From positions 36,332,001 through 36,396,000 of the forward strand of contig CM059449.1 of the NCBI GenBank assembly GCA_030390025.1: a stretch of 64,000 bases of DNA, given 5' to 3'. Source of the DNA: Squalus acanthias. Lineage: Eukaryota. Shown here one piece after another: positions 60,782-64,000 of this stretch (the stretch's first letter is position 1; each line of letters begins with the position of its first letter). The notes under the pieces were generated by a model. That model was not told where the DNA came from. It made no database searches and worked only from the letters and a program-made list of their open reading frames with translations. A program made the position numbers and the translations under genes.

Positions 60782-61662
60782 CTAATTTGGTGACACTCGT
60801 CATTCTCTCCCGTGGAAAGTGCGGTCTCTCCAAATGCATCACCCGATACCTGGCTGTCATGGCAGCGGCTGATCTAATGGTCCTGATATTTGATGTAATT
60901 CTGTATGAGATTAACGATGCTTATTTCCCACATTCATTCCTGAACTATACTCCAATTTGTAGTCTCAATCTCGTCCTGCTTTATGTTTCCATTGATTGCT
61001 CTGTCTGTCTAACTGTGGCTATCACCTTTGATCGATTTGTCGCTATTTGTTACCAAACGTTACGATCAAAATATTGCGCCGAAAAAACTGCAACTGTGGT
61101 GATAGCAGTGGTGTGCTCCTTAAGCGTTTTAGAAAATGTTCCATTGTACTTTGTATATGAACCTCGGGAAATAATTGACAATGAACCATGGTCCTGCTCT
61201 GTAAAATCAAGCTGCTACACATTACCCATGTGGATAGCATTTTTGTGGTTAGAAACCATTTTAACCCCATTTGCTCCATTATTGTTGATCGTGCTGCTCA
61301 ATCCCCTGACCATCAGGCACATTGTACTGGCCAATAGAATCAGGGGTGGTCTCCGAGCAAACAACAAAGTTCAGAATCACACTGATCCAGAGATGGAGAA
61401 CCGAAGGAAATCAATCATAATACTTCTCGCTACATCTGGGAATTTTATAGTTTTCATATGTGTGCAATTTACAGACACTCAATTTTTAGAAGCAAATTAC
61501 AACGACTCTTTCACCATTGCGGAACAATCCGGGTATATGCTTATGTGTTTGAGTGCTTGCATAAACACGTTTATTTATGCAGAGTCTCAGAGCAAATTCA
61601 GAGTGGAATTAAAGAATATGATTAAGCGCCCCCTGGTTCTCATTAATAATTTAATCAAATAG
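60782..61662 (+). pseudogene. GPR139/GPR142-like GPCR 'B', exon 2 only; open frame but probably defective
   Basis: TTTTTTGCAG acceptor in phase 1, reading ANLVTLVILSRGKCGL..., collinear with paralogue A. A 24-nt in-frame deletion in TM6 (SGNFI--------VFICVQ vs SGSFILLWVVNFLYEICIQ) removes the TM6 Trp. Also W to C in TM3, A to P in TM5 and V to E after TM7. No exon 1 was recognised between 48510 and 60781. Confidence 0.75.
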
Positions 61663-62161
61663 GTTCAATGTCTTCCCAGAAATAAAATGCAATTACATCC
61701 ATCGGAAGCCAGCAGAAGTTGTTCAATTGACATCTACAAACAGGAATCTCTAAAGGAATTGGAAGCAGCCATCGGTTCCTCATATTTGATGTTATATTGT
61801 AGGAGAAATAAATTTTTGGAGTATTACTAACTTTTGCCGATGTTGGAAGACAGGCGATATCGGATCTGAACAAACACAAGAATTTTTCAGATCCAAAATA
61901 AAATCAATTAGACAAACATATCTGTTGCTTTAACTGATCTAAACCTAACACCAGTTTCCGTAACATATCCCTCAACTCCTACTCCCGTCATTAACACGTG
62001 TAGTGATCTGTTGGACCAGCCATCTATTCCCATCAACTGCTTAATTTTGTAAATGATCCCGAGCGTATGAATCTTTCAGTGAATCGATCCTTCCTGATCT
62101 GCCATTTTGTCCTCAAGTTGAGAATTTATAACTTTTATTCACAATTTATACGAAAGATTTA

Positions 62162-63055
62162 GGGGGAAAATTTAGGTCGCGCCCCATTTGGGGCGCAAAT
62201 ATCGTCTGTACGCAAATATTAGCGCCTGGCGCTAATTATCGGCACTGACTGGAAACTTCACTTTTACCGCCCCGGGAGGTGAGTGGAGCGCTAAATCAGG
62301 CGCTGCACACCTGTCTTAAGGCGCAAAGGCCAAGGAGTGAGGCGCTAACTCAGAGCGCTGGCGAAGCTCATATAATGTCAGTCAGCAATGGAACACACAC
62401 ACAATGTCACGGGCCAGTTCTTAAAGGGGATGGTTAATCTTGCTTTCCATCCACATCCTGTTCATTGCAGCCTTGAATCTCGGCCTGGAGAGACTTGCAC
62501 ATCAAATGTGCTGGAAAGCACAATGGAGAGTACCAGGCAAAGAGCTCAGAGTGCAGCTCCCACAGTCTCTGCTAAATCGATACAAGGAATGGCAAATCAA
62601 AATGAAACTGCAAAGTGCTGCTCAGTACCCAAAACTCCTTCACACAACGTTAAATCTCTCCAGAAGTCTCTCCCTCTCTCTCTCAGAATGCGTAGTTCAA
62701 AAATGCCACCAACAATAAAAGACAGGAAGAGGCCCCCTTTAAATAGAGCCCCCCCCCAGCCCCACAGCGATTGATAGCGTTCCAGTCTTCTGGTCGTTGG
62801 ATGCGCCAGGCGGTAAGGCAGGGGGCGCCACTCAATTTCCGCTCCGGGGCACCACAAGGGCGTTGCACCATGGAATGACGTCACAATCTGCGTGCGCAGG
62901 TGGTCGCAGCGGTAAAGTTTAGCGCCGCCGCACAATGTCTAGTTAAGTTCCCGAGCGGCGCAAACATCGCTGCGCCCGGGCGTTAGCGGCTTTGCGCCCC
63001 ATTAGCGCCCTCTTAAGGCGCTAACGGGAGGTGCAACCAACTGAATTTTTACCCC
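62162..63055. mobile_element. ~890-bp non-autonomous TIR element (PIF/Harbinger-like)
   Basis: TTA|GGGGGAAAATTT...AATTTTTACCCC|TAA, with subterminal repeated TAGCGCC/GGCGCTA motifs. No transposase ORF. Confidence 0.7.
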
Positions 63056-64000
63056 TAAGAATTCAAAGGCCTGTCCCAGAATAACATCTTAATGAAAGTT
63101 TAACAGCTACCCATCGTTGACTCAGACATGCCGAGGCCCTGAAAATATCTTAGTGCCCCCGAGTTGTGGTGTAGCACTTGGTCTGTGGCCAGGTTATGTA
63201 GATCTTCAGCTGGTCTGGAACCAGGTGATGCAAGTTCCTATGATGAGCTTTTCTTCTCATATTACAACCATTAGGAGTAACTCAGCGACCCCTTTATGCT
63301 GCAGCCCGTCTGCAAACAATTTTACGCATTTATATAAAACTGTTATATATTTTATGTATTTTTACTACTGCTAGTCCTTGCATGAGTGTGAACAATGCAG
63401 TGCGACTCCGGCATCCCCTTACTCTCGTTTCCTGACGTGAACGTCTCTGCTGGAATTTGTAACAAGGTCCCCGGATTCACAAAGAGCAGTAGGGCCTCTC
63501 ACGGTGGAATGATCAGGAGTGAAGAGTTCCAGATTGGACAGCTGGTGCGAGTGACCAGGACCTCACGGTGGAACCTCTTCACCTTGCACAGTAACACACG
63601 TCCCAGTCCGTGATCACAGCCCAAGAGCTCAGCGCAAGTATCACTTACAATTCACCAGCCGAATACACTCAACCACACCATTTGTTGCCAAGCCCCTTTC
63701 CCAGTGCTGTGTTCTGCTGTGTCTCGAAGTTACTGTGTGAGATGTGCAATATTCGCCCAGCAGTGTACACATTCTCTTCGCACCCTGACACATCAGTTTA
63801 GGAACCTACGGTTCGAAATGACGCAGTTTAATAGGTGCAGAAATTTTACCCTCATCGCACAATCCAGGATTAAAGTAAGGAAAGAGTTTCTCAGTGAATG
63901 CATTAGTGAAAGTGTAGAGATTGGACATATCATTCGCATTGTAAAAGTTCATCTGTCCTCCCTCATAATCCAGCTAATCTCCAATGTTTCTGGGGTTAAC

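Overview
This is repeat-rich vertebrate genomic DNA. The repeat families and genes point to a cartilaginous fish (shark or elasmobranch; inference). The left half holds an apparently intact, divergent non-classical MHC class I heavy-chain gene on the minus strand: leader 18372-18321, alpha1 13936-13676, alpha2 5214-4939, alpha3 4710-4444 and TM 855-750. Its cytoplasmic exon(s) were not found and probably lie beyond the window start. It has an X2/Y-like proximal promoter and an ETS-IRF/ISRE element about 2 kb upstream. An orphan, frameshifted paralogous alpha1 exon lies at 24628-24369. The right half holds two plus-strand GPR139/GPR142-like class A GPCR paralogues. One is a complete two-exon gene (45848-45917 + 47599-48509, 326 aa). 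The other is a lone exon 2 (60782-61662) with an in-frame TM6 deletion and no recognisable exon 1. Most of the remainder is nested mobile DNA: many CR1 LINEs (one near-intact ORF2), a second LINE family with a partner SINE, Deu-domain SINEs, a Tx1-type 3' end and PIF/Harbinger-like MITEs. Penelope-like elements carry minimal hammerhead ribozyme motifs, including a 152-bp ribozyme-only insert with a 14-bp TSD. A 1616-bp tandem duplication places two hammerhead cores in sense orientation inside MHC intron 2. Three N gaps limit what can be seen.
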